A stretch of 64,000 nt of DNA from Phoronis australis. Taxonomy: Eukaryota; Animalia; Phoronida. How positions within the stretch are numbered: the first letter of the stretch is position 1; every line of letters starts with the position of its first letter. The notes beneath the pieces were generated by a model. It made no database searches, was not told the DNA's origin, and saw only the letters and a list, made by a program, of their open reading frames with translations. This document shows, one piece after another, positions 25,878-37,747 of the stretch. A program made the position numbers and the translations under genes. The stretch lies in the NCBI GenBank assembly GCA_002633005.1, contig NMRA01000143.1, forward strand, positions 315,402 to 379,401, given 5' to 3'.

Positions 25878-26029
25878 CTGCAATGAACACATACATGTCA
25901 ACATCAACGGTATGTCTTAAGTTGCAGCTAATGCGTATAAGGTCACGAAACAATGACCAATGAAAACTCTTCTAAGCAAATATTGACGAAACTTTGCAGG
26001 AAAAAAATCAAATTATCTTATTGTGACTA

Positions 26030-26724
26030 TAGACCCTATTCACGCGGCGGCCATTAAGATCCAAAGCGAGGCTCACTGCGATAAAACAAAGCGAAAGCAG
26101 ACATTGCGTGAGTTAAATAGCCGGTCTTTCGAGTCCAACCTGGATATTAAATTTTAATGATGTGTCGACAATTAACCACAGAGACGTAGAAAATTACATT
26201 AGAGAACAAGTTAAGGCGCCAAAGAGTTGTCTGACGAAAAGGGCTTATTTTTTTCGGAAAACTAGGTTCGAAACATGAAAAGTAAATGTGTCCAAATTGC
26301 GGCGATAGTAGTGTTACGGATTAGGTATTATTCTGAATGCAGGGTTACGTTTTTTCTTGTAAATTGTTGATCAAAATACTTTCTACGCGGACCAGGTCAT
26401 CTGCTCGTATTATTGACGAGTTGAAGACATATTCGACAGTGGTGGCTGTCATGTGCAATTAGTCACATCTGGTTTAATTTGTTGATCAAGAATATTAACA
26501 TCAAGCATAGCCTGACCCTATGCACTCACTGGGACTAACATTTGATTTGTCATTGGTCTGAAAGAATAATTGATGTTATTAAATATATTTTTATTAAAAT
26601 AAAAAACCAGGCTCGTAATTGAAAATAAAAATTATTTGACCATCAATGCTTTCTTGGTTGTAATAATTCTTACGTCTATTTCATGTGTTAGATTTCAAAT
26701 ATCAATCTGGAACAAGTTGAATTT
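26030..26724. mobile_element. One end of a DNA-transposon-like insertion beginning TAGACCCTATTCACGCGGCGGCCATT (possibly Academ-like), truncated by the N gap
   Basis: Present after ...TTGTGACTA in the first haplotype copy and absent from the second (26971-26990, GACTATACGC). CpG-rich compared with the host intron. Confidence 0.55.
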
Positions 26725-26725
26725 N

Positions 26726-26984
26726 AAACTGGGGTACATCATAGTAGCCCAACACCTCTGTTCCACTGGTCTCGAGTAGGAAGAAGGTCAAACCATACAC
26801 AATGATATTAGACAGAACTGTGAAGGCATACCTGCAATGAACACACACATGTCAACATCAACGGTATGTCTTAAGTTGCAGCTAATGCGTATAAGGTCAC
26901 GAAACAATGACCAATGAAAACTCTTCTAAGCAAATATTGACGAAACTTTGCAGGAAAAAATCAAATTATCTTATTGTGACTATA
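26726..26984. repeat. Duplicate of 25772-26031 (includes MFSD12 exon 4) after an N gap; probable haplotype or assembly redundancy
   Basis: Near-identical sequence starting immediately after the N at 26725. Confidence 0.85.
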
Positions 26985-28320
26985 CGCTTCAGATCAACAA
27001 ACATTACTCGACACTTGATGAAAAAATTACTACAGTAAATGCTCTTCAATTTAGCCTCAAATGACCAAAAATGTCCCCTTGCCAAATTTCTAAATAAAAT
27101 AAATAAGAACCATACCATGGTTTACAATTTGTGCAATTATAAAAAATGTGTGACTAAAAATTTGGAAATGCAGTGAAAATTTTTCTGTAATTTTAGCAAT
27201 CACTTTTGAGCGAAATTGAAGAGAGATATAGTAATTGTGTCCAATGTTTCAAGTTAACGTTTCAATTTCACGCTATGCATTGGGTAACTGGAAAGACATT
27301 CTTGTAACAAGCAAATATTGGGGATTTGGGCAACAGCGTTGTCTGATGTCCTTCTGACTTAGCCACAACTGCAACAAGGTTAATATATAAATGTCAACAA
27401 AATCGTTATACTTTTTTACACTATTGCACATAGGCAGAATGGCCAAGTCTTAATTTCGATTATTTTGAAAACGATTTGATATTATGTTTAAAGAACATCG
27501 TTTGGTTACAAGTTTAAACTACATTACATTGTGAAAAAATCCCTTTTGGGGCATTTTTTACTGAACAAAGGGCAGAAAGGCTATCTTTAATAAAAACAAT
27601 AATCATCACACGAGCTATAATCATCACAGCTCAGCTGATTCATGCATTTAGCGCATTTAAATGAGCCACCCGTTTACAACAGGGAAGTAAAGAATGTTAT
27701 TGTTAGCAGTGCTGCTCAGTTGAACTGGTATCAAGAGTTAGAATTTGTCACATCTCCAAATTTTCACACCAACTTCGGTTTATTCACATACGCGAGACAC
27801 AATACTTGGTTTTGAAATCAATGAATTCCATAATTTTATACTTTGTGAACAATAGGAACTACCACTTGATGGAGCATAAACTAACCGTAAATCCAACACA
27901 GCACTAAACAAAAACTTTGAAAAATTCTTACAATGTCCCAAAGAGTCGCAGAATTTCATGAAAACAAGTTTTGTCACAGAATGTCACAGGCAATCTATTG
28001 TTTGATGACCTGACAAGGATCAGGGTTTATGACTGATAGGCGGGGTGACAGGGGAGGTAATGGAATTAATTGATATAATGATAGAGGGGCTAACAGGTAA
28101 GGTAATGGAATTAATTGATAAACTAAGTAGTTGATGATTGAGATAAATATTAAGTATTAACGGGTTAATAAGGGATATCACCCACAAACTGTGATAAAGT
28201 GGATTACTGGAAATTAAACTGTATAAATTCTGTGAGGACACTACTTTTGGATAACAGTCTTATATTGACTTCTCCTCTTTTGCAGAAATGGCTGTACTTT
28301 GGTGGCAAGATTTCCGATAT

Positions 28321-28478
28321 GCAGAATTGATTAAACACATGGCACTTTTTGTTATTAATAGTCTTTATTCCGTTTCGTTCATATGTTGAGTGAGTGTAGT
28401 TTTGTTCCGAACATATGAACGAAATGGAATAAACATTGTGTCAATAACGAAAAGTGTTGTGTGTTAAATCAATTTTGC
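28321..28478. repeat. Long imperfect palindrome (foldback or MITE-like) in MFSD12 intron 3
   Basis: Arms GCAGAATTGATTAAACAC...TTTATTCCGTTTCGTTCATATGTT and AACATATGAACGAAATGGAATAAA...GTGTTAAATCAATTTTGC, around a loop of about 20 nt. Confidence 0.8.
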
Positions 28479-29421
28479 AGAAATGGAAACATGCATTGTA
28501 CAACTGGGTGAATTTTCCAAATGTCGTGCACTTACACACTGCATGAGTTGCAAACCAAAGCTATGCAATAATTACTATTTGCTGCCAATAAAAGAAGGAA
28601 GTTAGTAACTAACTGTTGGTGAAGTAAATGTATTTTGTACAACCTCTCAAACATCAGATATTTTTTAAAAAATATCAATAATCAATTCCTTTTGTAACAT
28701 TTTATTCATTTTAATTTTATTGTTTTTGGTGACCCCAAGTGTAGAGGGTCTCACCGATCATTCTTGGGATTATCCGTAAGAAGTAGTAATGTCTCCCAGT
28801 ATGTACTTGTCTGTTTTTTGTGAATAAAATGATCTACAGCCACCAATACTGCTACTTCAAGGGCTGAGTTGCAAACCACAACACTGCAATAACTATTCGC
28901 CGTAACAACAGGACTAATGAATCTGTGTAAGAACAGACAGACTCTTTGAAAATTCCAAGTGAAACGCAATGGCATGGCAACAGGCTGAAAAAGTGCTCAT
29001 GAGATGTGAATCAGTGCGAGATAATTCCAATTGTTAAGAGTGCAGACGCACTTCAAGACATGGATAATACAGCAGCTGAGTGGGTAAACCAGCGATGAAG
29101 GATTCTTGAAAATTGTGCTGACATTCATGAAGCTTAAATGCCAATAAGAAGGCAACGCACAAGGTGAAGAAAAATAGGGCACCTGACATGTAACCTAGCA
29201 ACCAATATTAATTGCTAGAACATTTCGGACAAAAATTGCCTCTTTTCAACCAAGAAGTCCTGACACTGTTGCGAGTGCGATAACCTCTCCTGATATTGCA
29301 TTTGGTACCACTTATCTTACGGAAAATAAAATTTAACTTAGTGAATAAAATTGGTCAAAAATTTAATGAACAGTTATAAATAATTTGGAAAGCAACATAG
29401 TGTAATTAATCACTACAGTAC

Positions 29422-29629
29422 CTGATTGAGTTTAGCTCCACCCTCTCCATGTCATATGGGGTCAGATCAGGAATGAGTGACAGGTGAGAAATCTGCGTGG
29501 CTGCCCAGCCGAATTGGAATATGACGACAAATGGTGCGTAGTAGATGAACTGAGCCCAGTCGGGGGCTTTCTCACACGTGATGCACGGATTGAAGAGGAA
29601 GGGGAAGCTACAGATGACCGATATTGTGC
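29422..29629 (-). CDS. MFSD12: MFSD12 coding exon 3 ([16 protein letters not shown]...[19 protein letters not shown]...LNSIR)
   Basis: The [17 protein letters not shown] motif is diagnostic of MFSD12. Canonical sites. Confidence 0.97.
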
Positions 29630-29637
29630 CTGTGTAA

Positions 29638-29906
29638 TGTAAAGGGGCGATGTTGAGGGGCAGGTCATTGTAAAAGGACGATGTTGAGGGGCAGGTCAAT
29701 GTAAAAGGACGATGTTGAGGGGCAGGTCAATGTAAAGGGGTGTTGTTGAGGGGCAGGTCAATGTAAAGGGGCGATGTTGAGGGGCAGGTCAATGTAAAGG
29801 GGCGATGTTGAGGGGCAGGTCAATGTAAAGGGGTGTTGTTGAGGGGCAGGTCAATGTAAAGGGGCGGGGCATGCCATTGTAAAGGGGTGATGTTGAGGGG
29901 CAGGTT
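29638..29906. repeat. 31-bp G-rich minisatellite TGTAAAGGGGCGATGTTGAGGGGCAGGTCAA, about 8.5 copies
   Basis: Units at 29638, 29669, 29700, 29731, 29762, 29793, 29824 and 29855. Confidence 0.92.
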
Positions 29907-31539
29907 AACTTGCCTTTATTCTCATTTTAGCATGAAGTGAAGTATGTACAGCATATACAAAATTAGCAGAGAAAATAACTGAATAACACGTTACCATAAG
30001 AAATAAAAGCTCACCGATTTGGGACTCAGCATGGCTGACAAGTGAAAATTTATTTCATCATTTAATGGAAGATGTGATGAAACAAAATGATTTTCCATTT
30101 TTAGTACTATACCATAGCTACCATTAGATATTCTGAAAAATGTGACTATTCACAACAATGCTAGAAGGACTTACTTTTTTCCAAATTTGGCGAGATTTTA
30201 ATATATTGTCATCACACATTAATTCACTTGAAAAAATGGAAAAATAATTTGGAGTCTGAAATTGTGACATTGCAGTGCAGGTTAATATTAGTCACTTAAA
30301 AGGTCCTGATTTTGAGAACCGGTTTTCTCCACTCAATAACTTGCACCAAACAGGTTCTCAAAGTGCATTACCCCTATAAGGGATTTATGCCACATTACCT
30401 ACAAAACAGAATGATTTCCATTATCGTGTCCCCGACGGAACGGATTCTTGCAAGAAACATCGGGAATGTGAAAAAACTGACAACTTCCTGTCTAATCATG
30501 ACAATAAAACTTAAAAATATCAAATTCCTGTTGATAAATCCAACAGCCCTATTGTGTGATTAACAATTTTGTTTATCTTTTCTGGGATTAAAGTGATAAA
30601 TTGTGGAAAACTGTAAGTTTAACCATAAATAAATTTCAAGATAATTCTAATAGTGTCATCAACAATTTAAGCAAATATCACTTGACACAATACTGTGCAT
30701 AACTATGGAATATGAGTTAAATCTAGGTATAAAATTATCTCACTGTTAGTAATTATCACACCTAACCCACCATCAACAAAATTATCCAAGGCTAGGTGCT
30801 TCACGACATATAACTTCAATGCACCAAAAGGACTAGTGGAACCATAGCCAAGTTTTCTCCTGAGGCCAAAAGAGCTGCTTTGAGTTACGCAACTTCTGTC
30901 TGGATCATTGTGTTGTGCATAATTTAGAAAGCAGTTTACAAGAAGAACCCATTGTGTTGGTTCAAATTAATATGGCTCTTCTCATAGTTGGACATTTTTT
31001 TCATTCGAAGTTGCTGAAACATATTTCCTTTAGACAAAGGCGACAGTGAAACCGAGAATTTAAAACTTAACACTGGACAGCCATAAACAAACTGGAAATC
31101 TGAGACGCATATCAACTATCTCCCGCTGAGGTATCAGGCTCAAAATATGAAGTGCTGATCGTTGTCCACCATAGTGAGCGTAACTTGGGCCACTCATCTC
31201 AGGAGAAAACTTGCCACTGATTTGGCTGGATTGTTTGCACCAACATACATGTATAGATTCTTACCACCACAACATAAATGCTGATTGAGAGGTAGCTCTC
31301 TAATGGAGTTTGTTGACAACGAAATGATTTACCACGCCCATTGTTGTGTAGGCTTTCAGTTGGACATCTCAGTCGTTCAGTCTCAAAAACTGACATCAAC
31401 AAACTTTAAATCCAGAACATCATCTCTGTAAACACTGAGTTGCAACTCATAGTTTATAACTCTCTAAATTAAAAAAGAGTCCAAAAAGGGAAGGCTAGCT
31501 TATGACCAAGCTCAACTCCCAAGAATACACGAACCCATA

Positions 31540-31802
31540 ACAAACAAATCACAGAATACAAGCGTCCATGACTGACCAATCACAGAGTACAAGTACCCAT
31601 GACCATCCAATCACAGAATACAAGTACCCATGACTGACCAATCATAGAATACAAGTGCCCATGACTGACCAATCACAGAATACAAGTACCCATGACCGTC
31701 CAATCACAGAATACAAGTACCCATGACTGACAAGTGACAGAATGCAAGTACCCATGAGTGACCAACTACAGAATACAAGTACCCATGACTGACTAATCAC
31801 AG
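31540..31802. repeat. 31-bp minisatellite GACTGACCAATCACAGAATACAAGTACCCAT, about 8 copies
   Basis: Units at 31570, 31601, 31632, 31663, 31694, 31725, 31756 and 31787. Confidence 0.92.
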
Positions 31803-31816
31803 CACCACATCCTTAC

Positions 31817-31936
31817 CGACTGCATGCCATGTCTTCCTCTTGCCGTACCCAAACAATCCCCTTGTTCTGTCAGACTCCAGGCCAACCAGCGGAGTGCATA
31901 TCCCATCAACCACTTGACCCAGTAGTAGTACATAAC
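31817..31936 (-). CDS. MFSD12: MFSD12 coding exon 2 ([22 protein letters not shown]...[11 protein letters not shown])
   Basis: Conserved GQV.DG..TPLVG.ESD and YG.RK.WH motifs. Canonical sites. Confidence 0.96.
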
Positions 31937-32859
31937 CTGGTGACAGTTCATAAGAATATTACACGCAATGGCACCTAAAACTGAGTCAGCGAAACAGAAT
32001 CTTTGAAAACCATGGCTTTTAGATGATACCCCCTGTTTTGTGTTTTAACAATTTGAGTTAGCAATCCTACTTACACATGAACTGACTGACTGAAGCTCAA
32101 TGATTGTTATAACAAGAAGATCCACCAACACTAACTTGATATACTCCAGTTAGAAGTTTGTGACTTTGGATTGATCTAGTTTGTGCTACATGGGATTCTA
32201 AATTCAAAGCCCAGTATCTTATTTTTTTAAGATAAGTTGACAAAATCTCCTTCAATGTTTTACAGGAAAAAATACCTCCAATTTTCAACCGACAGAATGT
32301 TTTTTCCATCAGATTTTTCTGTTCATGCCACAACAAGCTGTGAAGCCAGATGAAAATTCGAATAAAAATTCAAACTGCTAATTTTCAAATGATTTATAAA
32401 GGGTTCACTGCATCATATCAGACAGACAGACATCCACTATCAGCAAAAGATTTCACAGATGAACGCTCATAAGACATCGGATCTGCCTTCTTTTCATCCA
32501 AACCCAAATGATCTGGATTAACTGCCTTCTCACCATGAGAAGCTTTCGTTTCAACGACATGATTTGTAGTAAGTCTCTTTTCACTAACGGTGACGGCGTG
32601 TGATAGACCAGAATATTAAGCATTTTGCACAATAATGTTACGCTAATAACTGGCAAGACAGCAGATTGGAAGCCTTAGAGAATGCTGATTTAAAGCATCT
32701 GATCTAACTTCTGATGAGATGTGCTATCTGCCTGCTCATACAGACTCAACATCTGAACACGTTACCATGGTTACCACGGTTACCGCAGTGTTATCTGGTT
32801 TCTTGTTTGGTCTTGCCTCAACAATCAACAAAGGCAGGTGAAATTTCAGAGCAAACCTC

Positions 32860-35730
32860 TTCAGCCAATTTTCACATGATTTATGTTACTTATTTTATGT
32901 CTCGTTTCCTACTGTTTTTTGCCATAAAATTGAAGACGCACTATGACCTTTGACAAAATTAATTGTAAAAAACGTCACATGTTGGTCTCAGTAGTTGGAC
33001 ATAGTCCTTCGAAAATCATCATCAGCCATGCACTTTCTAGTAAGAACACATATGCCAATTTTCATAATGATCCTTTGATTGATTTGGACAGAGAAGCAGA
33101 CACCAAAACAAACACTCTAAAAGGCCACTAGGCAGCATCATACAATAGGTCGAATCTATAAGAGAAAGGAAATGTTACCATCTCTTTAACAGAAACCCAA
33201 CTGCATTTTTCGTGATCCAAGTTTTGTACCAGATAGCTACCACCAAACAAAGTTTTAAAAAATGGTGACCATTCACAATTACGTTAGAAGACCTTGAAAA
33301 ATGAAATTATTTTGGTTTGAAATTGGCAAGATTTTACGGAATGAAAATAATGCCAAAAACAGACTTAAAAATAATAAAAATGGCCACAAAGTGGCATTCA
33401 ATATGTCAAATCTATCCAAAAATGTGAAACTCTTATCAGCTCTTTTAGTAACAACTTATTTGTTGAACTTCATGAAAATATGTCAAGGTACTCTAAGATA
33501 CAGAGAAAAACATAAAAACCAAGAGCAACGCGGAGCGTTGAAATGCACCCACGAATGCATCGTAAATGGTGTGCTTTTAGGGTTATTTATTTGTATCATA
33601 AAAATGGCCACTAGATGGCGCAAAAACATACAATCCATCCAAAAACAGGAACACGCCATATTTCATAAAAATCTGTCAAGGAACTTCAGAGAAACAAACG
33701 AAAACAGAATAAAATGAAATTGCCACTATTGGGCACAGTGTCCGTTGGATCCGCCTGAAAGTCGTCGTCGTCTGTTGTTATCTTCATATCAATACACTTA
33801 CTAAATTAAGTAAAGATCCTGCAGTGGGTTTAAGAGATACAACTATGGGCGCAAAACAAAACTACCACTAGGAGGCATCACAGTAGTCAGTCACCATCAT
33901 CAACGGTCGTCTTCACACTGAGAACATATATGCCAATTTCCAAATGATTTGGTTGATACAGGGGTGGACACCAAAAACAAGATTTGAAAACAGTAAAAAT
34001 TACCACTAGGAGATGCCACAGTAGTCAGACGCCATCATCAAACGTCCTCTTCACACTGAAGACATATATGCCAATTTTCAAAACCACCCCTAGAATGATT
34101 TGGTTGATCGAGGGGTGGATGCCAAAAACAACATGGCCACTAGGTAGTGCAAAATACCTCGATTCCATCCGAAAACAGGAAGATAGCGTCATCACACCAA
34201 TAGATGCCTATATTTAAAATTTTATGAAAATCTGTTGAGGACCTTTGAAGATACTGAGTTAAATGTAAAAAACTAAAATTGCCACTAGGGGGCACAGCAG
34301 TAGTCAGATCTGTCTGAAAGTCATCGTCATCCGTAGTCAACATCTGACATATAAACACATCATATATACACTTGCTAAATTAAGTAAAGATCCTGTGAAC
34401 GGTTTAAGAGATACAGCCATAAGCGCAACAAAAACAAAACTGCCACTAGGAGGCGCCACAGTAGTCGAAATCGTCGGAAAATCATAATCAACCGTCCTCT
34501 TTATAGTAAGCACATACATGCCAATTTTCACAATCATCTTTTGAGCCGTTTGGTTCATAGAGGGGTGGACGCAAAAAACAGAACCGAAAACAGTAAACAT
34601 GGCCACTAGGTGGCGCAAACTACATTGAATCCATCCAAAAACAAGAGGATAGCGTCACCTCACTAATAGGTGCTTACATATTAAATTTCATGAAAATCTA
34701 TTCTGGACTTTTGAAGATACAAAGGTAAACGCAAAAAAAATAAAATTGCCACTAGGGGGCACACGGGTAGTCGGATCTGTCCAAAAGTCGTCGTCGTCGT
34801 CTGATGTTAACATCATATAAATATACTTACTAAATTTTGTAAAGATCCTGCAAATGGTTTAGGAGATACAGCCATAGGCGCAAAAAACAAAACTGTCACT
34901 AGGAGGCACCACAGTAGTCGAAATTGTTGGATAATCATCGTCAACCGTCCTCTTCATAGTAACCACACACATGCCAACTTCCACAATCATACTTTGAAAA
35001 GTTTGGTTGATAGAGGGGTGGACGCAAAAAAACAGACTCGAAAACAGTAAAAATGGCCACTAGGTGGCGCAAACTACTTTGAATCCATCCGAGAACGGGA
35101 GGATAGCGTCACCTCACTAATAGGTGCCTACATACAAAATTTCATGAAAATCCGTTCAGGACTTTTTAAGATACAAAGGTAAGCGTAAAAAACTAAAATT
35201 GCCACTAGGGGGTACACCGTAGTCGGATCCGTTCGAAAGTTCTTTCATGTTGTCCTATTCATGAATGGAACACATGTGCCAAATTTCGTGAACGTATGTC
35301 AAAGGGTTTTGGAGATAGAGCAGCGGACGCCGGATGCCTGACGGACGCCTGACGCACGCCGCCCGGACAGACGGACGGAGATGACGGCATAATGCATCCA
35401 CATATAAATATGTGGGCGCATAATAAAATTGCTACTATGGAGAACAGTGGTAGTCAGACCCATCCAAAAGTCATCACCAATCATTTTCACTTTCATAGAA
35501 ATAGTTTGCCAAATGTAACTAAATTCCTGAAAGGGGTTCATGAGATACACCTGCAGGCGCAACAATGCCACTAGGGGGCAGCCCAGTAGTCAGAGCTGTC
35601 GGAAAATTGACAGCCGTCTTCTTCCTAGTAGGTACACATATACCAACTTTCATAATCATCCTTAAAGTTGTTTTGCTGATAGAGAGGCGGATACGAAAAA
35701 CTAAAAAACAGTAAGAACGTGGTGAGGTGG
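32860..35730 (-). mobile_element. Older, decayed member of the same HINE family, split by copy C
   Basis: Degenerate family sequence (AAGAACACATATGCCAATTTTCATAATGATCC, GGCCACTAGG, GCCACTAGGGGGCAG) on both sides of 33518-35424. Boundaries approximate. Confidence 0.55.
33518..35424 (-). mobile_element. Complete HINE element, copy C, in MFSD12 intron 1
   Basis: Same termini, subterminal IRs, stem-loop and GGAC-rich microsatellite as copy B. Twelve xCCACTAG motifs, most spaced 134-161 bp apart. Confidence 0.82.
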
Positions 35731-36540
35731 TGCAACCAACTAAAAACTAGAAGGTGGGGTCATCTCCTTATAGATCCTACTTGCCAAACTGAAAACTTGT
35801 CTTGGAATTCTGAAGAATAGATACAATAGTTATGGAGATACAACAGTGGACGGCAGAATTTGGAGGGACGGGGACGACAACAAAACGTTCAGGGCTCTGC
35901 CCACCTCTTACAGTAATTGTCAACATATTTACCACAATTGTCTCACTTTGTACACCAAACATTAAATTAAATTAAATTTGAAAAATAATATTTTGATCCT
36001 CACTTATTTGCATGAGGCAATATGGTGAAAATTTCTTGCCTCTTCTCGTTTGCACGCAGCCAATTTTGCACTTTGAAAATGTCAACGCAATATCCCGTGA
36101 TTAATTCTAGGAACACACACATTTTTAATCATTCTAACATGGTCTGAACAGTGTATATTCACCACTTAATGTATTAATTTATGCACGTTGTTAACATGAG
36201 GTGAAAGGGGTAACATGGTTGTGTGTCGTATCAATCAGAGTCATGTGCTCAATAACTGCAACATCAATGATGGGGTAAAATACTCTTATATTGGAACAGA
36301 ATAAAGAAACTTATAATCACTCATCTCTGTGCTTAATTGCAGCACGTGGGCAAACCATGGGCCATTTTTTATTCAATTCACACGGGGACAGTTGGCAATG
36401 CTTAATTACTAATCAGTTCACTTCATGCACCCATCAGCTACGAGGTCTGTGTAATTATTTAGTTTATCTGGCACATCACGACTATCAGGAAAACATATTT
36501 ATAAAATTAATTCATTTCGCGTTAATTAAGAAATGAATTA

Positions 36541-36750
36541 CTGGGTTTAGTACAGACTTTTGATATCCATGTACTATACTGCAGTGTATACTGGGTATAG
36601 TACCACCTTTTGATATCCATGTATTATACTGGGGTGTACACTGGGTATAGTACCACCTTTTGATATCCATGTATTATACTGGGGTGTACACTGGGTATAG
36701 TACCACCTTTTGATATCCATGTATTGTACTGGGGTGTATACTGGGTTTAG
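36541..36750. repeat. 50-bp minisatellite, about 4 copies
   Basis: CTTTTGATATCCATGTATTATACTGGGGTGTACACTGGGTATAGTACCAC at 36557, 36607, 36657 and 36707. Confidence 0.9.
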
Positions 36751-37605
36751 CAGCACATAGTTGTTTGCTTACACTTGCCCAGAAATCATTTCTAATCTCA
36801 GTAAGGTACAAGGCGTCACCAATTTCACTGCAATTTTAAACTAAAAATGACTCAAAGCAGATGCATTGGGTTTTTAATCAAGCAATGTTTAAAATGTGTG
36901 CATTTATTTCACCTGTCTGTTTTACACAATTTAAGCTGCTGGATAACTGCATGCATTTAGTAAACAGGTCAAACATGACACTGCATATTAAATGGAAACC
37001 TCTCCCTCTCTCTCTCTCTGAGTGTATGTGTCTGTGTGTGTGTGAAATTTTAGGACTCTTTCAACTATTAAAAGAGCAACTTTGACAAAAGAGGGAATGA
37101 CAGAGTTGAATCACATGATAAAGGGGCGAGGTGTCACAGGTGATTATTCAAGTGATCAAAATTTTCACTCATGAAGTTAAAACCTCATAACTCAGGTGAT
37201 AAAACGCACTTAGATGTGCCAAGCCAAAATTCAGTGCCGTAATGAACACACAATTAGCAAATAATTTCCCTGTTTTAACAAGGGTTTAGCTATCAATGTT
37301 GAATTTTTACCCAAAGCACTTTGAGGTTAAAAAATTACCAAGCTTACCCAATATTGAATTTTTGATGACTGAGGTGACAACACAAGACAAAGCCAATGAA
37401 TATAGTGAGTCACATCACGGTAAAGAATGTTATTATTATTATGAGTTTGATTTAAAGAGCTTAAGTGACTTTATTCAATTTTTGTTTTCTAGCAGCTAAA
37501 TAGTGAAGAAATTCAGTGCTAAGGGGTTCACAGTCCAATACTGAAGGAATTTAGTGTCAAAGGGTTCAAAGTCAGTTCAAAGTAGCAACTACATGTAATT
37601 CATAC

Positions 37606-37747
37606 CTGCTATGACGTTGCTGAAGTTGATAACGTTGTGATAGTAGACAAGAAGGTACGTGAACCACATGGACGCGCACAGGTCATTAAGCACGTGACCA
37701 ACGCCAAAGGCGAGGCGACGATAAAATGGCAGTGCATTCTCACTCAT
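37606..37747 (-). CDS. MFSD12: MFSD12 coding exon 1 ([37 protein letters not shown]...)
   Basis: The [17 protein letters not shown] motif is diagnostic of MFSD12. ATG at 37747, donor GTATGA. An acceptor 22 nt upstream implies a 5' UTR exon. The 11 exons total 1617 nt, giving 538 aa plus stop. Confidence 0.97.

Noticed and set aside
26726-26831. Tandem exon duplication or mutually exclusive exons in MFSD12
   Set aside because: The exon sequence is identical, truncated at an N and lacks a donor. Better explained as a second haplotype.
32420-32620. Protein-like minus-strand frame (SHAVTVSEKRLTTNHVVETK...) in MFSD12 intron 1
   Set aside because: Bounded by stops, with no usable splice sites or recognisable family. 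Inserting it would break MFSD12.
33518-35424. Regularly spaced conserved motif resembling a CRISPR-like repeat-spacer array
   Set aside because: The intervening sequences are themselves repeats (3-unit higher-order repeat), not unique spacers. The context is eukaryotic and there are no cas genes.
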